Positions 12,507-25,128 of a stretch of DNA of 64,000 bases are shown here, in pieces; the first letter of the stretch is position 1, and the number at the start of each line of letters is the position of its first letter. Below the pieces are notes generated by a model. It saw nothing but the letters and a program-made list of their open reading frames with translations, made no database searches and had not been told where the DNA came from. Origin of the DNA: Eledone cirrhosa (taxonomy: Eukaryota); NCBI GenBank assembly GCA_964016885.1, contig OZ024740.1, forward strand, positions 321,656,001-321,720,000, written 5' to 3'. Both the position numbers and the translations under genes were made by a program.

Positions 12507-13717
12507 TCTATATATCTAATCTAAATATCTAAAACAGAGAATTCTGTCTGTCTGTCTGTCTGTCTGACTCCCTAAAACTCGAGAACCACTCAACCGATTG
12601 TTTTCAAACTTTACACATGTAAGTGTGAGTGTTTTGAGCAAAAAATTATTTAAAATTTTCAATACCCTAGGGACTGCATTAGGCGCCGTTTAGCGATCCC
12701 TCTATAATTCTTAGTCTGTCTTTTTAGATAGATACATAGCTACGACGTCGCGCCTTTATAATATCTGTCTGCATTACAACATTATGACACTACCTGTGCG
12801 TGTGTGTATATATGTATATATAGTGTGTAACGTTTTTTCGAAATATTTAATTCTGCGTTCACAGATTGATTTTTTTTAGTTTCAGAAGATCCCGTTAAGG
12901 GTGAAAGCAGCGATTCTTTGCTTAAATTTTAATCTGTTATTTTAATATATATATTCGTGTACAGATATTTTTGCATACACAAAAATAAAATATAAACAAA
13001 CAAGGCCAGCGATTACATAGTCAACGGTTCGGAAATCACATGCATCACTGACGAGTTTACTCCTTACTCTACCAGTTAGTCTTAGTGTACTTCGTCCTGC
13101 TTTTAGGTCATGCCTCGAAGGAAGAGATACTCCATTGGCCGAAATACTGCGAAAGCGGCAAGAAAAAGGAGGTGCTACAATCATTTTTTAGGTAGACGAG
13201 GCAGAAGGGGATGTACACGATTGGCTGAACAAGGACGAGACTGTGTTAGTAGTACGACCAACGGCTGCTATCACACCAACAGCAGCAAAAACAACAACAA
13301 CAAAAGAAAGGGAACGCAATTACATGCTTTTGAAAAATCGTTATGGGGAAATTACCCAAAGCGACTTCGCTTTTTATTAGGACTTCTGCATCAAGTGGTG
13401 AACATACGACGAAACATTGAAAGGAGTAAGACCACACCACTCTCCACCACTGCAGTCCTACATGCTTACTGCTCTGTAACTATTGCTTTCATTGTACCAT
13501 AGCACAACAAATACATTTCGGTTTGTCGAATGCCTTTTTACTTAACCCTATCGTCTTGGCTTTCGTGGGTTGAACATTTTACTCTCAGGCACCCAATTAA
13601 GTTAAACCCCTGGTAATCTACGAGGTATTCCGTACTTCTCTGTACTGTTTCAGAAAGGAGGGATAAACATGCCAATCTATGTTTAGAATCCCGAGCAACG
13701 CCGAGCCATTCTGCTAG
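12507..13717 (+). mobile_element. Non-autonomous Helitron
   Basis: 5' A|TCTATATATCT, a (CTGT)n tract, a 3' hairpin CCCGAGCAACGCCGAG and CTAG|T. It contains the basic N-terminal remnant MPRRKRYSIGR and shares segments with 24540-24705 and 30720-30870. Confidence 0.82.
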
Positions 13718-14829
13718 TATATACCTAAAGCGAAACACTCCACACAAAATACTATTTCACCTTATTTACGAATTCATTCACTTTGAAAAAAACTGATTTG
13801 GTCCTTTCCCAGAAAAAATAAAACTTTCGATTTGAACTGGACCAATAATAATTGTACGACTGTATATTGCTGAATCCGTAATGGTGGAAACATCTTGAAG
13901 CCTTGAATCTGTAGCGAGACAGGATAGAACTATTCTATCGCTGTGGCATAATTTGGTCGTGCTTGGTCAGTCGCCAACCCTATAAGGTTGGTGACGTATG
14001 AATACCAATTATCATTTCAGACCAGCAGTAGAACGCGCCTTTTGCAAAACTAACGTGTGGCACGTTGGACGCTCGAAGTGTAACAGCTCTTAACTAGCTT
14101 TCCCAGTTCTTTAGATGGCTTTTCAGGGATTTACTATTTATCCGTTCGTCTTTGTGTTACCAATATCCCTGACAATAGGTAAGGATAAATTAGAGTCTGT
14201 CTCACTGCATTTTCTGGCCTACTAAAAAGAAAACATTCGTTTCGCTGGCATCTACACACACAAAATAAAAACCTTCCTACATACATTTTGTAACATGTTC
14301 AAACAATCAAAAGAATGAATTATTTTTATATAAAAAAAACTATGCCTTCTGATCTATATTTTACGATACACTGGAACACTTCTCATAACTCCCCATCTTC
14401 CTAAAGTTTCAATCGTGTTAAAGGTGATAATGACCACCAAAAACCTATAAAGGTGGATAGATCTTGGAGTCATGAACCTATAATGGTGCAAATATCTTGG
14501 AGCCTTGAACCTATAGTGGTGCAAATATCTTGGAGCCTTGAACCTATAGTGGTAGAAACGTCTGGTGTCTTATGTCTCCAAGCCACCTCCCTACTTACCG
14601 TAATCGGAATCAGAATAGAGTTCGCCATCCACAAGAACGAGCTTCATTAGTTGGACTGTCTCTTTCAGCACATCTCTCTCACTATTCCTAGTGGTAACAT
14701 TCACAATTCTGTCCGCCTGGCTGACGTATGTCCGCCGTGACCCATGAGACGCCCACATGACGTTTTACAAAAAACATGAGATGGTAGTAGTCTTCTTCTT
14801 CTTCTTCTTCTTCTTCTTCTTCTTCTTCT

Positions 14830-15200
14830 TGAGAGAGTCGTGAATCGTGAGGGCAGAGTCCTCAAATACACCTTCCAGTGTGTCCTGTCTGAAGCAACCG
14901 CCTCTAACTGATCCGGCTGGATCCCCAAGCGAGACGAGCCAAGCTCATGGATGTTATCTTGTTTGGGTTCTACCGCTGGGTCTCCTGCCGATTGGTTTTG
15001 TCAGTAAAATCTGTCCAGCGATTCTTTCCTGACCTCATCCATTAATTCTTGCTCCTTGTCTGTAAGAGTTGTAACGTCCCAGTTTGCTCCCTTCTGGAAA
15101 CCTCTTTGGGTCTCGAGATACGCAATCTTTGTGCGTCCATTCCACGCCTCGTAAGATAGGCCGTAGCCAGTCGTTTCGGCGTTAAATGGAAACCGCAATA
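14830..15200 (-). mobile_element. Internally deleted RTE LINE (endonuclease start fused to 3' end) with (GAA)n tail
   Basis: ANWDVTTLTDKEQELMDEV joined to the 3' terminal segment. Confidence 0.65.
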
Positions 15201-15599
15201 TATTTTCTGAAATGATCCACAACCTAAGGCCCAAATGCTTTTATTGAATCTGATCATACTGCAGTTTTTGGTGGTCATATTCATGCCAGACACTAATTTA
15301 GTAATTTTCTCACACCCGCGAAGACTGATATTTCTATAAAGGCGGACTTTACTCGCCCCGTCATAACTACATCATTGAGCTGTGGGAGTTTTTCTGAGAG
15401 AAAATATATCATCCATTGCTCCATGTACCCTAGTAACTTACCGCTGGTCCTGGGGTGCTCATTCGTTTGAAAAGAGCCGAATTATATTGCAACTGATTGC
15501 CATATCTGGTGATCGTATCGCTATCCGCCATCTGCAACCAATTCTCTAGCAGAACAGCTCTGCCGTGGCTCTGGTACCGAACATTCGGAAGGGAGATAG

Positions 15600-18070
15600 A
15601 AAATATATTATTCAGGTGTGGTGCCAGAAAGGACTGCACAGGCGGGAGTGAAGATACTCACAAGTACCCGGCTGTCGGAATATGTTATGGAATAGATCCA
15701 ATTGGGGGGGAAGATTTATCTCTTGAAGCTTAGACAGAAAGAAATGACCCTGTAGATGATGCAAGTTTATGCGTTAAACAGTCCAAGTACAGATCTTTCC
15801 GTGGTGAAGTCACTGCAGTGTTATATGTAATTAAGACTGAGTCATATATGCTACTGGGTTACTTCAATGCACATGTTAGTATAGATAGCCTCACGCGGAA
15901 AAGAGTAACCGAATGGAACGGCGCCTCCGATCTAAATGCGAATAAAGATACTTTATAAGATTTCCTTTTAGTAATGGGCTTTCTGTTATGAAAATCTTTC
16001 CCCAGCACAAATATATCCACAAGAATACATGGTATCAGGGAAATCAGGGATAGTGATCAGTAATTGATTTTTTTAACTGTCTCTAATCTCTTCGATTCTA
16101 TGCGGGATGTTCGTCATCAGAGAGAAACTAAGCTGTCAACTAATCACCATCTAGCAATCTGCAACCTGTGACTACCTAAAATCAAGAAAATCCACAAAAC
16201 TAGCATGTCTACTCAACCTACAGGACATAGAGGGAAGCACTGGCTGATGAAGTGTTCATGACCAGGTATGTACATATTGTATCCAAATTCAGAGAAATCC
16301 TGGAACAAAATGAAGACGTTGAAACGGAGAGCAAACTGTCCAGCTCAGCAGTTTCCGCTTCAACCGTTAAATGGTGCGGACAAAAGTGACTTGGTGTGAT
16401 GTCGGGTGGCAGGAGCACCACCTGGTTCAATCAGGGGTTTAAAATGCCACAAGAGCAAAGAATGAAGCAGATAAAGTTTTCCCTCTTGTACTCATGGTGA
16501 AAGCAGGCGCGAAAGATCACAGCAGAGAAGACTTTGGGATTAAGTTGGAATCCAACTTTAGATCAGGAAATAAAGTATTCTGGCAGATCATCCACTGACT
16601 TTGTAATAAGAAGTCCCCATCCACGCCTGCTAACAGGAACTCGTCTGGGGTTCTTCTCCCCGAAAAGAGGCGCATCCTCGCGAGATAGAGAGAATACTTT
16701 GCTGATCTCCTAAATCCGGTCACGACATCTTCTCATGGTGTACATGGTGTACTTCTAAAGCAATGAGGATTGGAAGTGATAATCCCAATTTTCAAAAATA
16801 GTGACAAAAGAGATTGCTCTAAATACATTGGAATCTCTTTGTTAAGCTTCCCCGGTAAAGTCTACGCAACATTTCTGGCAAAGAGATGTAGGGATATTGT
16901 CGACGACCCGTGTGGTTTTCGCTCGGGCGTAACACTGCACACCTAATATTCACTCTGCAGCAGGTCTTCGAGAAATAGTGAGTGTATTGCCAAGAGGTGT
17001 ATGCTTGGTTTGTGGGCCTCAAAAAGGCATACGACCACGTTTTACTGCACTTATTTCTGAAGGTTATGCAAGAGTATGGGATCAACAGACAGTTTCTTGT
17101 TGCGTTGAAGTCCCTATATGAATGTCCTAGTTCTTGTGATCGGATAATTGATGGTTAGTCGAAACAGTTCAATTTTTGTGCCAGACTCCACCAAGGGGGA
17201 ATATTGTCACTTCTGTTCATAATCTTCTTAAACAGGATTGACATGCACAGCCGGATTGAAAGTAGTATCAAAACCGATGGGTGTAGGACCAGTCGGCTGA
17301 TATTTTCAGATGACATAAAACTTCTTAACTCGTAAGAAGGTGATCTCCGGCATGCGTTGGATAGGTTTGCTGCCAAGTGCTTCATAAGAATAAAAATCGG
17401 TGCGGCGATGACTGAGGTACTCGCCCTCTCAAGGAAGCCTGTGCAGTGCACTCAGCATATGACCGGAGTTCCACTAAAGCACGTGGAGAAGTTAAAGTAT
17501 CTCGAAGCCGTTTCCACGAGTGATGGAAGGCAGGAGGCTGAATTAAATGCAATAATTGTTGGAGCTGGTGAAGTAATGCGCGAGTTTCAGCACTTGGTCA
17601 TCAGAAGAAAAAAGGTAGGTATAAAAGCCAAACTCTCTATCTTACATTTAGTGTCGTGCCTACTCTTACCGGCTGTGTTTATGAATCTTGGGTAATGACC
17701 GAAAGATTACGATCGCGAATACAAACTGCCGAAATGGTATTCCTCTGAAAGGGCGTTCATGTAACATTACTCGATAGGGTGCGTAACTCGGGGATCAGGG
17801 TGTCGTTCCAGGTAAAGCCGCTACTTATCCGCATCGAGATATCACAACTCCGAAATTGCGGACATGTGGTTAGAATAACTAAAGAAAGAATTACTGGATA
17901 GATTTTACGGGCAAAAATCAAGTGGCAGGAGCCCTTGAGGTAGACCACTCATAAGCTTGGTTGGTCTTGCTTGGGGATCCAGCCGGATCATTTGGAGACG
18001 GTTGCTTCTGACAGGACACTCAGGAATGTGTGTCTGTAGACTTTTCCTCCTCGTCTCTTTCGTGAAGAAG
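15600..18070 (+). mobile_element. Long, heavily degenerate RTE LINE (EN + RT relic)
   Basis: Broken motifs FNAHVS, IFTLQQVFEK, LKKAYDHV, LHQGG.LS.LF.IF, FSDD and VEKLKYL. Confidence 0.85.
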
Positions 18071-18364
18071 GAGGTGTGTGTGTGGGGGGGGGGGGGGGGG
18101 CGAATTTCCGTACTGGTTATTGTTTCTGCAGATATTCAACGATAATTCTCTGAGTGCATCTCTTAGGCGAAGCATAAATGCGTAACTGGTATCCGTATTC
18201 TATTTGTCTAAGGCGTTATCTGTCTACCTCAGCTGGTTACAGCTATCACTGCACGTCAAATATTGCATAAGCATTCTTCTTCTTCTTCTTCTTCTTCTTC
18301 TTCTTCTTCTTCTTCTTCTTCTTCTTCTTCTTCTTCTTCTTCTTCTTCTTCTTCTGCCCACTTA

Positions 18365-18890
18365 CTCATGGAAGGAGTATGGAAGCAGAGCCCTCAAACA
18401 CTCCTTGTAGTAGACCCTGTCAGAAGCAGCCGTCTCTAATTGATCCGGCTGGATCCCTGAGCGAGACTAGCCAAGCTCATGGATGTTATCCAATCATTTC
18501 ATTTTGCTCAGGGTCTACCCGTGGGTCTCCTGCCGGTTAGGTTTTTGCCCGTCCCGCGATTTTTTCCTGAGACATTCTAACCACATGCCCATAGTATCGG
18601 AACTGTAATCTCTCAATTCGAAGAAGTAGCGGCTCTACCTGGAGTGACTCTCTGACCTCCGAGCTACGCACTCAATCGAGTAACGTTACTCCAACGACTC
18701 TTCGGAGAAATCCCAATTCAGCAGTTTGTATACGCGATCATATTCTTTCGGTCATTAGTAATGGTTAGCACGAATACCGAATGTAAGATAGCGAGTTTGG
18801 CTTGTACAACTGCCTCCCTTCTTCTGATTACTTAATGCTGAAGCCGAGTATTACAGCATTAGTTTCTATAAATCTTTCAGCCTGCCTTCC
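18365..18890 (-). mobile_element. RTE LINE 3' fragment next to a (CTT)n tract
   Basis: Inverted homologue of 17530-18050. Confidence 0.75.
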
Positions 18891-19459
18891 ATCACACAAA
18901 TAGCTTAGCGCTTGTAAATGACTAGTCGACGGTCAAAGGGAGATCATTCTAATATCTATTTATATTTGTATTGACAACGTTGATGCTATTTTACAAACAA
19001 TACATTCCCAGTTATTTTTAAACTAATATATAATCCTTTTAAAAATTAATTAGTTATCATTAAAATAATGTAATGTCTCTTGTATATTTAATGGAAATAT
19101 GGTCAATTTAATTGTAGTGATTAGTTTAGCTCTTTGCACTCTGAAATGGTCAGAAAGCTTCGATATGCTATAGACATAACATGTATATGAATTGAAGCGC
19201 ATATCCAAATAGATGTTTGCTTTGGTATTTTTGGGGAGAAAATATAATTATTGGAGGTGAGGGAGCCCCTGTATATATATCTACATTTATAATGTAAAAA
19301 AGAATAATGCTCTGTACCCTTTCCTAAGGGGATGATATATGGAGCTTCTTCGCATTTGGTAATAAACTGGTACTTTACCCAATTAATTCATCTTCTATAT
19401 ATATATATTTGCGAACGTAAACTATATACAATTAGCGATTTCCCAAACCCCCACTTATT

Positions 19460-19800
19460 CTCTCCCTATATCAATTAACACCAAACTCCCACCCCCTCTC
19501 TATATTTACTACACGGAACTCTCTTCCAATACACCTCTCTATATCAATGAACACCAAATTCTCCCCCTCTCTATATCTACTACACGGAACTCTCTTCCAA
19601 TACCCCTCTCTATATCAATTAACACCAAACTCTTCCCCTCTCTATATCTACTACACAGTACTCTCTTCCAATACCCCTCTCTATATCAATTAACACCAAA
19701 CTCTCCCTCTCTCTATATCTACCACATGTAACTCTCTTACCAATTCCTCTCTCTCTATCAAAACATCTATCTCTCCCCCTCTCTATATCTGTATCTATCT
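19460..19800. repeat. Minisatellite of about 71 bp (two alternating CCCTCTCTATATC subunits)
   Basis: About 4.5 units visible; flanked by diverged ~85-bp direct repeats (about 19175-19255 and 19817-19897). Confidence 0.85.
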
Positions 19801-20332
19801 CTCCCATCTGTCTTTACATAACATGTACTTTAATTGTAGCGCATAATCAAATAGATGCGTTTTGGTATTTTGGGGAGAAAAATATAATTATTGTGGGAAT
19901 GAGGGGGGGGGGGGGGTTGACCCCATTGGCAGCAGCATGATTTGAACTCCGAAAATAACTAGTGAATAGACTCCGAGGAAGTTTGATTTCGGTATGTCAA
20001 GGGAAGCAACTCAGATATTTCGTCCGACCGTTAAATCAAGACATTCTCACGTGAATCAATTGAATCCTGACCTATTGAACTCCACTTCCTCCTTCACCAC
20101 CCCGCATTCGCAAAGAACATATATATAAGAAGAGATTATGAGAAAAATTTCACATACTCCCGGGTCTCGAATAATGAAGGAATCCTAAATCTAACCATAA
20201 TTAACCCTAACCCTAATGTGCATACACGCGATGAATCCGGTGAACCGGACGAGACATTTTTATTTTCTTCAAAGCAGATCTATTGTTAATGATACCCGTT
20301 ATTCCGTTATTGTATTATTTGGTTCTTTATTA

Positions 20333-20407
<75 letters not shown>

Positions 20408-20561
20408 AAATGTGGTAAGGAACCAGATGGACCATAACGCACCAGAGTACTCAATACTTAGGGTAGAAGAGTGGGTAATAGGAAAAAGTATCGACGGCTA
20501 TTTCTGGACCAGAAATAGCCGTCGAAACGGCTTGATCTCTGCCGTCGGGGTCATACTTTTT

Positions 20562-20602
<41 letters not shown>

Positions 20603-21066
20603 CAATATATTTAGAAACACACAGATACATGCGGACACACACATATATACATGAATGCATCCGCACCCAACTGTGAGTTAAGGGTGCCAACTTCACCGAT
20701 GTTGCTCAATGAATGACTGGGACAGACCAATTCAGTTGAACTAGACTGAACCAGTATCAGAGTTAAAAATACATTATGAAGAGAGAAGAAACATTTAGAT
20801 ATAATTAGTAATAAAATGTATCATACCTAAACTGCTCCTAAATTCCTCGACTACGTAGTTTCGTGGCATACTTCTCGCCTTCTTCACCACCTCTTCTACG
20901 GCCTCGATATAAATACCCCCTCCGCCTCCGTGGTATTTTCTTCGGGGTTATAAGAGGCTTAGCTCTGTTTCTCGACCGTTATATCGCGTGACTATCTCCC
21001 CCTCCGCCTTTTGGGATTCTTTCTCACGTCGTGTAGACGCGTTCTTGAGACTAGTAAAATGAGGTA

Positions 21067-21156
21067 TCCTCTTGATAAGTCGGCAGACCTCGCAAGGACT
21101 CTATATCTTTATGATATATTGTTTTTGTTTATGCCACGAAACTACGTAGTCGAGGA
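21067..21156 (+). ncRNA. Type I hammerhead ribozyme with U3-A8 core, copy 1
   Basis: Stem I TCCTC/GAGGA; core TTGATAA; stem II GT(c)GGCA/TGCCAC; GAAA; palindromic stem III ACTACGTAGT; GUC site after 21151. Confidence 0.72.
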
Positions 21157-21660
21157 ATTTAGGAGCAGTTTAGGTATGATACATTTTATTACTAATTATA
21201 TCTAAATGTTTCTTCTCTCTTCATAATGTATTTTTAACTCTGATACTGGTTCAGTCTAGTTCAACTGAATTGGTCTGTCCCAGTCATTCATTGAGCAACA
21301 TCGGTGAAGTTGGCACCCTTAACTCACAGTTGGGTGCGGATGCATTCATGTATATATGTGTGTGTCCGCATGTATCTGTGTGTTTCTAAATATATTGTTA
21401 ATAACTCCCTCTGGTCGAGCAATCTTTGAAGTGTGGGGACAGCTGGAAAGCTTCCATTACTCATACTTCTCGCCTTCTTCACCACCTCTTCTACGGCCTC
21501 GATATAAATACCCCTCCGCCTCCGTGGTATTTTCTTCGGGGTTATAAGAGGCTTGGCTCTGTTTCTCGACCGTTATATCGCGTGACTATCTCCCCCTCCG
21601 CCTTTTGGGATTCTTTCTCACGTCGTGTAGACGCGTTCTTGAGACTAGTAAAATGAGGTA

Positions 21661-21750
21661 TCCTCTTGATAAGTCGGAAGACCTCGCAAGGACTCTATAT
21701 CTTTATGATATATTGTTTTTGTTTATGCCACGAAACTACGTAGTCGAGGA
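21661..21750 (+). ncRNA. Type I hammerhead ribozyme with U3-A8 core, copy 2
   Basis: Same as copy 1 with one stem II substitution (GGAAG instead of GGCAG); GUC site after 21745. Confidence 0.68.
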
Positions 21751-21819
21751 ATTTAGGAGCAGTTTAGGTATGATACATTTTATTACTAATTATATCTAAA
21801 TGTTTCTTCTCTCTTCATA

Positions 21820-21894
<75 letters not shown>

Positions 21895-22039
21895 CATAAA
21901 CATTACAAATTGCTCACAATTCTTTCAGAATGACATTACAAATATAATGTCGTTGTTTAACAGAAATATCACCAGTAACCTCTCAAAAACAAAGCACCAA
22001 AACAAACAAATGATCAAGGTCATGGCAACTGCGAATATG

Positions 22040-23705
22040 ATGATTGAGGGGCTTGGTCGTAGGGGCCTTCACATCAACAGTTCCAAATGCGAGCTCTGGC
22101 TCCTCAACCACCCAACTTCACATCAACAGACTGTTGACATGTTCACAAAGTCCTTCTCCTTTATCGTCCCCCCCCCCAATCATGGTGGTGCTCCCCTGGG
22201 GCCCCAGTTACTGACCAAGCCTTCGAGCCCTTCTTTCTAAGTTGGCTAACCTCAAGCAACTTTTAAAAAACCCTTGAAGTCATTGAGCCTCACCAAGGTT
22301 TTTTATTCTTCGGAATTATTTGTCAATCTCTAAGATGTTGTATTTCCTCGGAGTTAGTCCCTCTGACAAATTATTGTGATCTCTCCAACACTTCAACAAC
22401 CTAATATTCAGTGAGCTCAAGGGTTTGGTCAATGTCCAACTCTCTCCAGAGTCCTGTGACCAGGCTGCCTTACGCAAACAGTTTGGAGGTCTCAGTCTGC
22501 GTAAATGTACATCTTTGTCCCTACCTTGCTTTCTTTCCTCCATTCACACTTGCTCCCCTTTAGTAGGTGAGATCCTCTCCTTCCCAACTTGGACTAGTTC
22601 CATCAGGGAATTGGATGAAGCTTTACTACGGTGGAGAGAGCTGGGTTTCTCAGTTCTAGATACTGATGAGGATAGACGGAGGCAGAGAGTATGGGACAAT
22701 CTGTGTCCGAGGGAAACTTTCAATTCTCTCTTTGATCTTTCTGATCAATTTTCTAGGTGCCGCTTACTTTCTGCAAGCACAAAGTTCTCGGGGGACTGGA
22801 TTGATGCCCCGCCTGTGGCTAACATTGGTGGCCTTCTCAGTCACGACAACTTCCGCATTTCTATTACACTCCGAGCGGGGTCTGAGACAGTAGCGTGCAG
22901 AGGGGGAGGGCGACGGTGCGTTGGCCCCGGGCATCCTTTGGATGGGGGGCATCATTTGAAGAAAAGAACTTAATAAATTTGATTGATTTATATTAAAATC
23001 GAATAAAGCGTTTATTTCATGTTTCATCTATGTTTATATATTCAAAATGTTTTCCTTTCTCATAATATTTCTCAGTATATTAGGCCTTATACTTGAGTCT
23101 TTGGGGCATACAATAAAAGTTTGCCCTATCACCAGAGCGCTGCACGCCGCTGGTAGGTCCTTCGATTTCACAGGTTTACATTGTTTGTCCTGCCGCCTGA
23201 ATCGGGTCGTTTTGCTCGCCACACCGAGTTAAACGTGATCATCAAACGGGACCTGGCTCAGGTTAATATCCCCTCAGTTCTGAAGCCGGCAGGATTATCC
23301 AGAAGTGATGAGAAGAGACCAGACGGCCTTACCCTTTGTCCCCCCTGGGTAAGAGGTAGGTATCTTATTTGGGACATCACAGTCAGTGACTCATTTGCTC
23401 TCTTCCACATCATGGACGCCGCGGTAAATGTGGGAGTCACTGCTTCCGTTGCCAAACGGAATAAAATTCGGAAATACCTGTATTTATCCAGTAATTATTT
23501 GTTGCAGCCTTTGACGTTCTAGACGTTTGGTGGAGTTGGCCGTCGAGAGCGAAGTGCTTGTCATCTCTGGCGGCTCGCCTTACCGAGGTGTCAGGTGATG
23601 CCCTCGCCATCACTCGTGGTAATACTGCGAGCGTATTGGCTTGCCTCAAAATATTTCGTTGACTCCTAAGATGTGAGGTGCGGCCGATTGTCGCGCTTGG
23701 TGGTG
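22040..23705 (+). mobile_element. CRE-like LINE relic (RT C-terminus plus restriction-like endonuclease)
   Basis: GLHINSSKCE; FGGLSLR; GLHCLSC...RHTELNVIIKR...RPDGLTL...WDITVSD; many stops and frameshifts. Confidence 0.82.
22888..23152. mobile_element. hAT-like MITE inserted in the CRE-like relic
   Basis: Termini CAGTAGCGTGCAG/CTGCACGCCGCTG; absent from the sister copy at about 32600; no clean TSD. Confidence 0.6.
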
Positions 23706-24059
23706 AGTGACCCCCTTATCCTTTATCATTATTGTTCAATGATTTATATTATTACATTTTTATACACCTTGATAAAATAAACAGTTTACCATTCTCTCTT
23801 TTATGTGTTTATATTTGTATATATTATATTTGTTTGTGTTTTCGTTTAAGCATTATAGTATACTATACATTACAGTATACTATAATGCTTAAACGTCCGG
23901 CTGGCGCTCGGCTAGGTATACCGGCATTTTATCTTTTCAGGATTCCCCCTCCACTCCAGTGCAAAGATACCGCAAGCCCTCTCAAGTCAGCGAGTGTGTG
24001 TGTGTGTGTGTGGGGGGGGTGGGGGTGGGGGTTTAACGTGCTTTGATGTTGGGTTTGAA

Positions 24060-24705
24060 TAGTTTTTAGGATTCCCTAGTTCAGCAGCCAGTACGTTAAA
24101 GAAAATTGATAGTTACAACAATAAAGGCTGATCAGAGAACACATTTTTTAACAAACTTTACAATATACAACTATAATGGAAATTCCAAGTAACAGAAAAT
24201 ACATAAATTACATTGTTAGAACCTCAGCGTATACAATATTTTTGGGGAGCAAAGATGAAGAGATTGTTTGGCGAGCTCACCCTAGAGCATCCTACATACA
24301 ATTGACCATGGGAGAAACATGGTTTACCCAGATGAAGGCCAGCCACTTTTAGGGTTTGACTCTGAGCTTTGTTGATGGTAATCGCGAAGCTTAGTCTCTC
24401 TGTTGCTCCAGTAATATCTTTTCTTCTTGAAAATCTGATCTTGCCGCCAGGCTGGGACTTTTGGGATGGCATATCGGCAGTAACAATGACGATAAGCCGT
24501 CTGCGCTTTCGTGAAATAAATACGTTTGTTTATATTTTGTTTTTGTGTATGCAAAAATATCTGTACACGAATATATAATTATATATATATTAAAATAACA
24601 GATTAAAGTTTAAGCAAAGAATTGCTGCTTTCACCCTTAACGGGATCTTCTGAAACTAAAAAAATCAATCTGTGAACGCAGGAGTAAATATTTCGAAAAA
24701 CGTTG
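24060..24705 (-). mobile_element. Helitron fragment with Pif1-like helicase C-terminus
   Basis: FAITINKAQSQTLKVAGLHLGKPCFSHGQLYVGCSRV (SF1 helicase motifs V/VI); 24540-24705 matches Helitron sequence at 12830-12990. Confidence 0.85.
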
Positions 24706-25092
24706 CAACCGAAGGAAAACAGGAAGCCCATACTTTGGTCCGTGAAGACGTTTCCTGGCAATGACCGGAAAAAAGCGAAGATGATACGCCAGCAATGAGA
24801 ACAATATTTGCTCTCTAAGGATCTTATATATTTGATTTATATTATCCTTATCGAGCCCTCTGTGGATTTTAGTCTTCACATTTATTATTATTACTAATTA
24901 TATATATATTTTTCTCAACCTGTTAGTTCTATCGTTACTTTGGTATATTACTGTGTGTCAGATTTTGCCTACCACAATGTTCGATTTGTCAAGCTATTTA
25001 AACGTATGTTATTACTCTAAGGACCTAACTTATCGAGTGCTTTGCTAACTCATCATTGCAAACCGCCAGAGATTCGATTTTACTAAATTTCC

Positions 25093-25128
<36 letters not shown>

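Larger units (their letters stand above)
20600..21825 (+). mobile_element. Non-coding retrozyme-like / non-autonomous Penelope-like element inserted in (TA)n
   Basis: 271-bp inverted arms (20600-20870 and 21130-21400); a direct repeat of about 363 bp (20867-21231 and 21462-21825); two hammerhead motifs; (TA)n on both flanks. Confidence 0.75.

Noticed and set aside
20185-20217. TAACCCTAACCCTAA telomere-like repeat
   Set aside because: Only about 2 units, which is common inside repeats; it is not a telomere.
20842-20890. Minus-strand GTGAAGA..GGCG/TGCC..GAAAC-TACGTA-GTC hammerhead look-alike
   Set aside because: It is a chimera across the inversion junction, with G at position 3 and no stem I partner.
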